Shown: piece by piece, positions 1 through 13,161 of the stretch
Numbering within the stretch: position 1 is the first letter of the stretch
Layout of the letters: every line of letters starts with the position of its first letter
Translations under genes and position numbers: made by a program
From: an uncultured Ureaplasma sp.
Lineage (GTDB): Bacteria; Bacillota_I; Bacilli_A; Mycoplasmatales; Mycoplasmoidaceae
Reading direction: 5' to 3'
Assembly: GCA_902766725.1 (NCBI GenBank)
Contig: CACXEQ010000024.1
Span: 13,577-77,576, forward strand
Length of the DNA: 64,000 bases
The notes under the pieces: model-generated
What the model saw: the letters and a program-made list of their open reading frames with translations, nothing else
Database searches by the model: none
Told to the model about the DNA's origin: nothing

Positions 1-1964
1 TCATTATCTTTTAAGCTAAGAGCAATTTTTCCATTACGATTAATATGTTCATATTCTGTCAATTCAGTTCGTTTAACAATTCCATTGCATGAACAAAATA
101 ATAATGATTTATTTTTTTCATATTCATCAATTGGTAGCATTGTAACAATCTTTTCATCTTTTTGAATAGGAATAAAATTTATTGCTGGTACACCTTTTGC
201 TTGTTTAGAACCTACAGGAATCTCATGTCCTCTTAGTCGATAAATTTTTCCATAATTAGTAAAAATTAAAATATCTGTATGAGTGTTAGCAATAATAATT
301 TTAGCTACATTATCATCATTATGAACAGCAGTTCCAGTTACTCCTACTCCACCACGATGTTGTGTTTTATATTCACCAATTGGTAATCGTTTTAGATAAC
401 CACGTGTAGACATGGTAATAACAATATCTTCTATTGGAATTAAGTCTTCATCATCAATACAAGAACTTAAATTGTAGGCAATTTCTGTTTTTCTTTTATC
501 ACCAAAACGTTCAACTAATTTTTGTAAAACAGCAACAATGATAGCAATTTGCTTTTCGTGACTTTCTAAGATAGATTTATATTCATTACAATCTGCTTGT
601 AATTGGTTTATTTCAACAGTTATTTTAGATTGTTCAATATTAGATAAACTTTTTAATTTCATTTCTAAAATTGCTTTAGCTTGAATTTCTGATAATTGAT
701 AATCATTTCTTAATTGTATAAGAAGTTTTTTATCATCATTAGCTTTTCTAATTAGATTAATGATTTGTTCAATATGCTGACTAGCAATATGCAATCCTTC
801 TAAAATATGTAAACGATTATTAGCTTTTTCTAAATCAAATTGGGTTTTTCTAGTTAAGACATTAATTTGATGTTTTAGATAGATTTGTAGACAATCTTTC
901 ATAGATAAGATTTGAGGTTGACCATCTACTAAAGATAGCATGTTAACAGCAAAGTTAGTTTGCAATTGTGACATTTTAAACAATTGGTTAAGAACAACCT
1001 CAGGAACTACATCTCTTCTTAATTCAATTACTATTCTAATTCCTAATCTATTAGATTCATCACGTAGATCTGTAATACCATCAATTTTACCATCTTTTAC
1101 TAATTGTGTTATTTTTTCAATTAACTGTGTCTTATTAACAATATAAGGAATTTCATTGACAATTATTTTTGGTTTGCCATTATCACTATATTCAATATTA
1201 CATTTTGATCTTACTGTAATAGAACCTTTACCTGTTTCAAAATATTGTTTAATATTACTTGCCCCAATAATAGTAGCACCAGTGGGGAAATCTGGTCCTT
1301 TTATTACTTGTAACAAATCATCTGTTGTACATTCTGGTTTTTTAGCTACCAATTCTACTCCAGCAGCTATTTCAGTTAAGTTATGAGGGGGAATATTAGT
1401 AGCCATTCCAACTGCAATACCACTTGATCCATTTGCTAATAAATTAGGAAATATGGATGGTAAAACAACAGGTTCTTTTTCTGAACCATCATAGTTATCA
1501 ATTAAATCAACAGTATTTTTCTCAATATCACTTAGCATAGTGTCAGCTATTTTAGACATTTTTGCTTCTGTATAACGCATAGCAGCAGCACCATCTCCAT
1601 CAATAGATCCAAAGTTTCCATGACCATCGATTAATGGATAACGCATACTAAAATCTTGGGCTAATCTTACCATTGTTTCATAAACAGCTGTGTCACCATG
1701 AGGATGATATTTACCAATTACTTCACCAACTAGTCTAGCAGATTTTTTATATTGACTATTTGAAGTCATACCTAAATTTCATGCTGCATACAAAACACGA
1801 CGATGAACAGGTTTAAATCCATCTCTAGCATCAGGTAAAGCACGAGCGACAATGACACTCATAGCATAATCAAGAAATGAAGTTTTTAATTCATTAGATA
1901 TTTCTTTTTCTTCAACATGTGATTTATTAAGTAAATCACGAATATTATTTGAATTGTTTTCCAT
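1..1964 (-). CDS. gyrA: DNA gyrase subunit A (N-terminal ~654 codons; 3' end lies outside the window)
   Basis: The ATG at 1964 opens MENNSNN...[25 protein letters not shown], the GyrA-type KPVHRR signature. The frame stays open down to base 1 when TGA is read as Trp. The gene lies directly downstream of gyrB. Confidence 0.93.
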
Positions 1965-1975
1965 ATTTAATTCTC

Positions 1976-3925
<1,950 letters not shown>

Positions 3926-4009
3926 TCAATCCACTCTTTCTTAGTTAAATTAAAAAATAAAATAATGTGATAATTATATATAAAATCCGCATTAAAAATT
4001 TATTTTTTT

Positions 4010-4032
4010 ATACCAATATAAAATATTGGTAT
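4010..4032. repeat. Perfect 10-bp inverted repeat (ATACCAATAT-aaa-ATATTGGTAT) between fpg and gyrB
   Basis: Read directly from the sequence. On the + strand it is preceded by a T-run, so on the minus (coding) strand it is followed by an A-run. It is therefore not a canonical intrinsic terminator for fpg and could be an operator or an RNA hairpin. Confidence 0.5.
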
Positions 4033-4056
4033 AAATAATTAACTAAATGAAAAAAA

Positions 4057-4893
4057 TTAGTCTGAAATTTTTTGACAATTAGGACAAAAATATGTTCCTC
4101 GACCATTTATTTTTATTTTTTTAATTTTTCTATGGCAAATAAAACATGTTTTATTTTCTTGACTATGAACTTTTAAGTATTTTTGAAAATTACCTGCATG
4201 GTGGGGAGCAAAAGCATAACTAGAAATAGTTGTCCCGTGATTTTTTATGGCTAGTTGCATAATTTTTTGGCAATATTTAATGATATTTTTACATTGTAAT
4301 AATTTTAGTTTGTGACCTTTTGTTAAAGGGTGAATATGACATGCAAACAAAATTTCATCTGCATATATGTTTCCAATCCCTGCAATAATAGATTGGTCTA
4401 GTAAAATTGTTTTAATAGGACTATGTAATGAATGGATTTTATTGTAGAAGTAAGTAGCAGTCAATTGTTTGTCAAAAGGTTGTAATCCTAGTTTTTTAAT
4501 TTCAGATGAATTAAGTAAATCTTTTTTAGACAAATATAAGTTAAATGTTCCAAATTTACGAAAATCAAGGTAAATTAATTTTTTCTGTCCACAAATTATT
4601 TCCACCATGCAATATTTTGGGTTAGTCAAGTTGGAATCAATATAAAATAATTTACCTTCCATTCTTAGATGAATTGTTAAAAATACATCGTGATTTAATT
4701 GCATAATAATTAATTTTCCAATTTGGTTGATATTGATAATTTTTTTGCCAATTAAATTTTTCTTAAATGTGTTAACAGATGTATTTTTTAAGATTTTGGC
4801 ATCAAAGAAATTAATTTTGTTGATGGTTTTGTTTAATAAACCTTGTTGCATTAAGTTATCAATGAATGTTTTAACTTCTGGAAATTCTGGCAT
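4057..4893 (-). CDS. mutM: Formamidopyrimidine-DNA glycosylase
   Basis: 278-aa ORF with the N-terminus MPEFPEVKT (catalytic Pro2/Glu3). It has a C-terminal zinc finger CFICHRKIKKIKINGRGTYFCPNCQ. Confidence 0.9.
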   Translation of the reverse strand: MPEFPEVKTFIDNLMQQGLLNKTINKINFFDAKILKNTSVNTFKKNLIGKKIININQIGKLIIMQLNHDVFLTIHLRMEGKLFYIDSNLTNPKYCMVEIICGQKKLIYLDFRKFGTFNLYLSKKDLLNSSEIKKLGLQPFDKQLTATYFYNKIHSLHSPIKTILLDQSIIAGIGNIYADEILFACHIHPLTKGHKLKLLQCKNIIKYCQKIMQLAIKNHGTTISSYAFAPHHAGNFQKYLKVHSQENKTCFICHRKIKKIKINGRGTYFCPNCQKISD

Positions 4894-5333
4894 TATTTCA
4901 TCCTTTTAGCATCTTGATAATATTTGATGGCAGTAGAAGAAATGTTAAGCAATTTCTTTCTAGGTAAAATAAACATTGTTTCAATTGACTTATTTAACCT
5001 ATAGTTAGCTTTAGCAATATTAGTTTCATAAATAGTATCTTTTATGTTTCTTATTCCTCTGATAATGACAGAAATACCATTTTTTTTAGCAAAAGTTGTG
5101 GTTAATTTTTTATTGCTTATAACAAGAACATTTTTCAAATGAAGTTTTTGAATGACTTTTTTAGCCTTATCTAATCTTGCTTGAATGGTATTTGAATTAT
5201 TTTTATAGATATTAATTGAAACAACCACATATAACATATCAAATATTTTGCTACATCTTTTAATAACATCTAGATGCCCAGTATGAATTGGATCAAATGA
5301 CCCTGGATACATTGCTTTAATTTGTTTATGCAT
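4893..5333 (-). CDS. coaD: Phosphopantetheine adenylyltransferase
   Basis: 146-aa ORF. MYPGSFDPIHTGHLDVI matches the nucleotidyltransferase H-x-G-H motif of CoaD. It overlaps the fpg start by 1 nt. Confidence 0.9.
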   Translation of the reverse strand: MHKQIKAMYPGSFDPIHTGHLDVIKRCSKIFDMLYVVVSINIYKNNSNTIQARLDKAKKVIQKLHLKNVLVISNKKLTTTFAKKNGISVIIRGIRNIKDTIYETNIAKANYRLNKSIETMFILPRKKLLNISSTAIKYYQDAKRMK

Positions 5334-5389
5334 GATTTAATCATTATATAATCAATGCCATAAAACATATAAAAAATGGAGTAATTTAA

Positions 5390-6364
5390 ATGAGTAAAAC
5401 AATAAATATAATGAAAAATATTATTAAATCTTCAGGCAGAAAACCTAGAATTGTTTTTGCCGAAGGTGATAATGCTTATATTTTGCAAGCTGTGCAAGAA
5501 ATTAAAAATGATATTGAACCAATTTTAATTTTTAAAACAAAAAAAGATATTCCAGCTAATTGTGAATTTAAAACAATTGCTATTGATTCTATTGATTTAT
5601 CAAAATATGCTAATTTATTAGTAGAACTTAGAAAACAAAAAGGAATGACATTAGAGCAAGCTAATAAATTAGTTCGATGCTCTAATTATTTAGCTAGTTT
5701 AATTGTTAAATGTAATGAAGCAGATGGGGAAATATGTGGAATAGATTATACTACTGCTGATACATTGAGACCAGCATTACAAATATTAAAAACTGCCCCA
5801 GGAGCAAAAATTGTTTCTTCTGTGTTTATTTTAGAAAAAAATGATGATATATCAGTTTTTTCTGATTGTGCGATCAATATTAATCCAGATGCACAATCTT
5901 TAGCTAATATGACTGAAATGGCATGTGATTTTGTAAAAAATGTTTTAGGTATTAATAAACCTAAAGCTGCTTTATTAAGTTATTCAACATGTGGTAGTGG
6001 TAAAGGTGAGGATGTAGATAAAGTAAGACATGCATTTGAAATAATCAAACAAAATCCTAAAAATGAGCAATATGACATTTTTGGTGAAATGCAATTTGAT
6101 GCTGCTTATGATGATAGAGTTAGAGCTAAAAAAGCAAAAAGTTGTACTTGAGATCATAAACCAGATATTTTTATGTTTCCTAACATTAATGCTGGCAATA
6201 TAGGTTGTAAGATTGCTCAAAGAATGGGTGGCTATGATGCTTTTGGACCAATTTTAGTTGGTTTAGCTGCTCCAGTTAATGATCTTTCAAGAGGAGCAAC
6301 TGTTCAAGATATTATTGGAGTTTCATACATAACTGCTGTCCAAATAATTAGTAGTAAAAAATAA
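5390..6364 (+). CDS. pta: Phosphate acetyltransferase
   Basis: Track ORFs 5390..6151 and 6173..6364 are in the same frame and are joined through one TGA. The Pta-like C-terminus is FPNINAGNIGCKIAQRMGGYDAFGPILVGLAAPVNDLSRGA. Confidence 0.9.
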
Positions 6365-6412
6365 ATTTTGTTGTATAATAAATATATCTATAATGGATTA
6401 GAATGAGGTTTT

Positions 6413-6673
6413 ATGGAAAATAATATGAAAAAATTGGATGATTTTTGTGACTACTATATTGCTAATTCTCAAAAGAAATGAAAAATATTAAAAATTTCAC
6501 TTATTTATGGTTTAATTTGTTTTGCATTGTATCTTCCTACAGTATTATTTGCAATGCATTACAGTCAAAATAAATCTACTGTTAATCTTACATTTTTATG
6601 TATATGTGCAATTGCTGTTATTTCAGTGATTATTTGTTGGTGTGTTAGTATATTTAGAATTGTTATGGCTAAA
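6413..6673 (+). CDS. Small hypothetical membrane protein (86 aa)
   Basis: The ATG at 6413 gives an ORF open to a TAA at 6671 with one TGA read as Trp. It has two hydrophobic segments (ISLIYGLICFALYLPTVLFAM and LTFLCICAIAVISVIICWCVSIF). No recognisable family. Confidence 0.45.
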
Positions 6674-6751
6674 CCTAAATTAACTAAACCAGCCATTGTT
6701 TAAACATTAATAAATAAATTATATTGTTTATTTTTCAATAAAAAAGGCATA

Positions 6752-6775
6752 ATCAATATTTTATTCAATATTGAT
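6752..6775. terminator. 9-bp stem hairpin (ATCAATATT-ttattc-AATATTGAT), possible bidirectional terminator
   Basis: Perfect inverted repeat seen in the sequence. On the minus strand it is followed a few nt later by a T-rich tail (TTATGCCTTTTTTATTG). There is no clean U-run on the + strand. Confidence 0.3.
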
Positions 6776-7211
6776 GATGTGTATATATTTGAATTATGTT
6801 CTAATGTAATTAACATGCAAACTCCAAAATAATTAATGACAGATGAACCATACTAATTTTTAGTTAATTTATTTGAATTTATTAGCATTCAACTTTTATA
6901 AGTTATTACATAAAATATTTATAATTAATTTGTTTATTGTTCAGAAAATTTTAGCAATATTAATAATAAATTAAAACAATTGATTTAACATCAAGATGAT
7001 TATTGAATTTTCGTCTTAAAATAAAAATATGAATATTAAATGTAATTAGTTAAATCGCATTTACTTAAATAAAGCTAATTTTATTTAAAAAATCAGGTAA
7101 ATATGCGAGATTTAGTATTGTTTTTATGATTTTATTTAAATTCTTGAACCCCATATTTTGAAAAATAATATAGGATACTTCTTTGTGAAATTTGATGCAT
7201 TATTTGTTTCA

Positions 7212-7219
7212 TTTTTTTT
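7212..7219. repeat. Homopolymer T8 (A8 on the coding strand) inside the endonuclease gene, distal tract
   Basis: Counted directly: a7211, t7212-t7219, g7220. The frame change between the catalytic core and the C-terminal EcoRI-like tail maps here. A7 or A10 would restore the frame. Confidence 0.85.
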
Positions 7220-7668
7220 GATTCAAATGGGTGTTTGTTGAAAATAAAAACTTTCTCTTTTTGTAAATTCTGTATTAAACAAATTAATTTTGTTTATTTC
7301 ACCAAATTCAGCAATAATAATTATTCGATCAAGAATTGTTGATTTGTCATTAAAATCTCACCCCCATCCAAAGCAAACATATGGAAATATTGTTTCATCT
7401 TTTAACCATGTTCTAAAACCTATAATATTTTTTCCCAAGCGTTCAATTGCATTACCAGAAGCTTGTTTTTTTCCATTTGTTGCTATTATTTCATCATTAG
7501 TCCCTTGCTTTTTTTGTTCTGCAATTAAAATAGGATATTTATTACATGATTTATCGATAATAAACAATATACCACCATCAGGTTTCATTGATGAATTATC
7601 AAATTTATAATTCCATTGTTCGTTCGGGAACTTTTTTCTTAATTTTTCAACAATATCTTTAAGTGTGA

Positions 7669-7676
7669 TTTTTTTT
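7669..7676. repeat. Homopolymer T8 (A8 on the coding strand) inside the endonuclease gene, proximal tract
   Basis: Counted directly: a7668, t7669-t7676, c7677. With A8 the N-terminal frame ends 30 nt downstream. A9 or A6 would read HEKKITLKDIVEKLRKKF...KPDGG continuously. Confidence 0.9.
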
Positions 7677-7838
7677 CATGATAAATAGTAATATTAAATT
7701 CATTTTGCAATTTTTTTCTTAAATCTGATGTTATATCATAAATTAATTTATCCATACCAGTAGAAATCTTTGTAAGTGCTTTACCACCACCTAATTTTTG
7801 TAAAATTGATGATATTTTTTTACTATTAGACATTTTGT

Positions 7839-8442
7839 TTATGTACCTCTTACTCGACTTTTGTACATTCTGCTAGGAACATAATTATTTTTTGCATTAT
7901 TATTCTTAATATGTACGAAAATTAAATCTCTTGGTAAAAAGTCATTTGAACAAATAAATGAAGAATTAAAACTTGATGGTTTTCCATTAAAAGAGACTCG
8001 TTTATCTACAATTAACAATTGACATTTGTTATCAGCAAAATAATTACCTATACATTGATAATTGAGTGCCATAATATTCATAATCATTGCTCATGGTTTT
8101 TTAAATGAATTTAATCTTTTAAAAACTTCAAGTTTTTTAGAAAATGGTGGGTTACTTAAAGCAATATCTCATAATTTTGGTTGTCATTTAAAAAAATCTT
8201 TTCCATCTCATTTATGAGAACAAATATATTTGAAACCATACTTTCTACAAAAATATGTAAATTCACTATTTTTAGTATCAAAAGGTAATCAAATTATTGG
8301 ATTGCGTTTTAATTGTTTAGAATGTTTTTTGACAAGTCTATCTATATATATATATATATATAGATATAGATTCAACTAAAATTTTTGGAGTAAACAACTC
8401 GTCATTTTTATTTTTAACTGCTTGTTTAATTGAATACACCAT
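7839..8442 (-). pseudogene. EcoRI-methylase-like N6-adenine DNA methyltransferase, out of frame at an internal (TA)10 tract (OFF state or pseudogene)
   Basis: The ATG at 8442 gives MVYSIKQAVKNKNDELFTPKILVESISIYIYIYR and then a TAG at 8338..8340. The next frame is open from 8375 to 7839 and reads ...IDRLVKKHSKQLKRNPIIWLPFDTKNSEFTYFCRKYGF...WDIALSNPPFSKKLEVFKRLNSFKKPWAMIMNIMAL...RVSFNGKPSSFNSSFICSN. Its landmarks parallel M.EcoRI: DELFTP vs DEFYTQ, a D-x3-S-x-F-x2-(Y)F segment, and the NPPF catalytic motif followed by a helper helix. ATG to stop is 604 nt, which is 3n+1. Confidence 0.75.
8343..8362. repeat. (TA)10 dinucleotide microsatellite inside the methyltransferase coding region
   Basis: Read directly: tc-(ta)x10-gatataga. 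Adding one unit (606 nt) or removing two units (600 nt) fuses the two methyltransferase reading frames into a 201- or 199-codon ORF. Confidence 0.95.
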
Positions 8443-8459
8443 AACGATATTAAATTATA

Positions 8460-8864
8460 TTATTTGTTATTATTTTTATGAAAATTATCTGATAAACCAC
8501 CGCATATAAGTTTACTAAATATTTTTTTAACTTTATGTTTTATGGTCTTTCTAGTTTGACTATTATTAATTTTTAATCAACTTTTCTTAATAACATCTGA
8601 ATTATTTACTAAAATTGGTTTATGAATTCAAATATATGTATCATATTTAAAAGAATTATTCAATTTTTTTGAAATTTTGATGCAACATTTTTTATTATAT
8701 TTATCAATTTTTGTTGAACAATAAAAACAAAACATTTTATGTGATAAATATTTAGATTTATTACATCATATTAAAATAGGACGTTTCTTTTTGTTTGAAA
8801 CATTTTCATATGGATTATATTGTCATTCATATACTCATCGTATTTGAAGATGCAAATTTTTCAT
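8460..8864 (-). CDS. Hypothetical Cys-rich protein (134 aa), first gene of the R-M cassette
   Basis: The ATG at 8864 gives an ORF with no TAA/TAG for 135 codons in a very AT-rich context (five TGA read as Trp). The product is MKNLHLQIRWVYEWQYNPYENVSNKKKRPILIWCNKSKYLSHKMFCFYCSTKIDKYNKKCCIKISKK... It is co-oriented with the methyltransferase and ends 17 nt upstream of its ATG. I do not recognise any family. Confidence 0.6.
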
Positions 8865-9004
8865 TTTTATCTATAAATGAGCCACCGTGGGCTCGGGGTG
8901 AAAGGAGTATCTAACGACACAACATTTCGTAAATATTATATATAAAAGTTAAATTAGGTTATTAAAAAATTATTTTTAATATTTAATATTTTTTATTCTT
9001 TATT

Positions 9005-9730
9005 TTAATTGTTTTTATATAGTTTAGATGCAATATCATGAAATATGATACCAGCAGCAGTGGAAGCATTTAAAGATTGAGTTTTTCCAAATTGTTCAAT
9101 ATAAATTTTAAAATCACAATTTTTTACAACCAATGGAGAAATACCTTTATCTTCATTTCCTATAACTATTGCTACTTTTCCTTGAAATTTTATATTACAT
9201 AATTTATGGGCTATTTTATCTATGCAACTTGCATATACTCAATAACCATTTTGTTTCAATTGATTAATAGCATTGACTAAATTTATAGTTTTAATCATGT
9301 AAATATTGTTTATAGCACCAGCTGATGCTTTAATAACACTAGGGGTAATTTGCACTTGGCGATCTTTTCTATAAATTATTCCTTCTGCACCAAATATTTC
9401 TGCTGAACGAATTATGTTACCAAAGTTCATTGGATCAACAATTGAATCAACTAAGACCACATAATTATTTTTTTTATTTTTGATTTTTTGTAAAAAATTA
9501 GTTAAGTCCATATTGTTGTTTTTAGTGACAACATATCCAATAGCAAATTGATGATTACTAATATTAGTCATTTTTTGGTAAAATGATTTGTCATTATTGA
9601 TTGTTATATCATGACAATTTTGTCTAACAATTTTTAAAAAATTCTTATCTTTATCACTAGTTATTACTTTTTGTAATGATTTATTAGCTATTGCATCCAA
9701 TATAGCTTTTTTTCCTATGATAATATTCAT
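9005..9730 (-). CDS. SpoU/TrmH-family RNA 2'-O-methyltransferase (RlmB-like)
   Basis: Track ORF 9239..9730 is extended through one TGA to a TAA at 9005 (242 codons). The C-terminal SPOUT motifs are VAIVIGNEDKGISPLV and EQFGKTQSLNASTAAGIIFHD. Confidence 0.85.
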
Positions 9731-9732
9731 AT

Positions 9733-11037
9733 TTATAAAAGATTTATTTCTTGTAATTTATTTCTTATTGCATCTATTTTTTTATAATCTTTGCTATTAA
9801 TAGTTTTTTTTCATTCATCTATTAAATTTTGATATTTTTGATGATTAAATATATCTCATTTGATCCCTAAGATATTTAGTTCATCTCCTATTGTAAAATA
9901 TAACTTATTAACATTGACTCAGTTATTGTTTCTAAGATTAATATTTAGTTGTTTAATTTCATCAAGAATTAAACTAATAGCAATTGGTAAGTTTAAATCA
10001 TTATCTAGAGCCTTAGCAAATTTAGGATTAAGTTTAGATACATATGTTTGGTATTTATTATTAGCTAATAAGTAAGTTTTAGCAACAGCTAAAGTTTTGA
10101 TTATTTTATTTATCTCAACATTAGATTCATGTAACATTTTAGTGGAGTAATTAATTGGACGTTCATATTTAGTGCGATAAAAAAATCAACGTAGACCATT
10201 AGCATTTTCATTAGTAATAATGTCTTTAACAAGAATGAAATTATTAAGAGATTTAGACATTTTTGCACCATCTACATTAACATGACCAATATGCATTCAT
10301 ATATCAGCTATGTCTTTATTAAACAAAGCAAAATTTTGAGCATTTTCATTTTCATGATGAGGAAATTTTAAATCTATTCCACCACCATGAATAGTTACAT
10401 GATCACCTATAAGCATATTGATTAAGACACAGCATTCTGTATGCCAACCTGGACGCCCTTTTGATCATGGCGAATCTCAATTAATTCCAATATCTGTTTT
10501 CTTTCATAAAGCAAAATCAAGAGGATATTTTTTGTTTTCTTTATTTTCTTTTCTTGCACCATCTAGTAATTCATTAATGTTTTTATGACTTACATGACCA
10601 TAATTGGGAATTTTTTGGATATCAAAATATACATCACCATTAGCCGCATAAGCTGCACCTTTAGCCACTAATTTTTTAATGTATTCGATAATATCATCAA
10701 TATGATCAGATACTTTAGGCATGATTAATTTTTTAATATTTAATAAATCAAATAATTCTAAATATGCATTTAAATATTTTGTTGATAATTCTTTTTCTGT
10801 AATATTAGCCTTACTAGCGGCAGCAATTATTTTGTCATCAACATCAGTGATATTATGAACAAATTTAACATTTTTACCTAATTTTAACAAATACCGATGT
10901 AAAACATCAAAAATAATTAATGGTCGAACATTTCCGATGTGAACATAGTTATAAACTGTAGGACCACAATTATAAATAGTTATGTTTTGATGTTTTAATT
11001 CATATTCTTTTTTAGTACTAGAACTATAAATTTTCAT
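9733..11037 (-). CDS. cysS: Cysteine--tRNA ligase
   Basis: The N-terminus is [39 protein letters not shown], with a class I HIGH-type motif. Track fragments 10504..11037 and 9919..10137 share the frame. The total is 435 codons with TGA = Trp. Confidence 0.93.
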
Positions 11038-11061
11038 ATTATTTACACCTACTATTAATTA

Positions 11062-13074
<2,013 letters not shown>

Positions 13075-13161
13075 TTATTTTTGTTTATATATTCAATTCT
13101 ATTAAAACATTTATATAATCTAATTAATGCTAATTAATGTTAATAACTAAGGAAGATATTT

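Larger units (their letters stand above)
7132..7833 (-). pseudogene. EcoRI-family type II restriction endonuclease, interrupted by frameshifts at two A8 tracts
   Basis: The N-terminal frame runs from 7833 (MSNSKKISSILQKLGGG...NITIYHEKK) and stops at 7639..7641. The next frame reads ...LKDIVEKLRKKFPNEQWNYKFDNSSMKPDGGILFIIDKSCNKYPILIAEQKKQGTNDEIIATNGKKQASGNAIERLGKNIIGFRTWLKDETIFPYVCFGWGWDF. This parallels EcoRI SNSSIKPDGGIVEV...VAEAKHQGKD...AAGNAIERSHKNI...FPYVLF and retains the PD...E-x-K catalytic motif. After the second A8 tract a third frame gives MKQIMHQISQRSILYYFSKYGVQEFK, resembling the EcoRI C-terminus KIMFEIMFDISTTSLRVLGRDLFEQL. Confidence 0.75.

Noticed and set aside
940-1386. Plus-strand ORFs 940..1146 and 1156..1386.
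   Set aside because: They are antisense to the well-supported gyrA frame. Their composition is low-complexity and no motifs are present. They are typical shadow ORFs.
7290-7610. 106-aa plus-strand ORF inside the R-M region.
   Set aside because: It is antisense to the segment that encodes the EcoRI-like KPDGG...AEQK...GNAIER core. It has no motifs of its own.
13105-13145. Short direct repeat TAATTAATG(C/T) occurring 2.4 times upstream of the UPF0597 gene.
   Set aside because: It is very short and is made of the commonest AT-rich words in this genome. It is indistinguishable from chance low complexity. At most it is part of a divergent promoter region.
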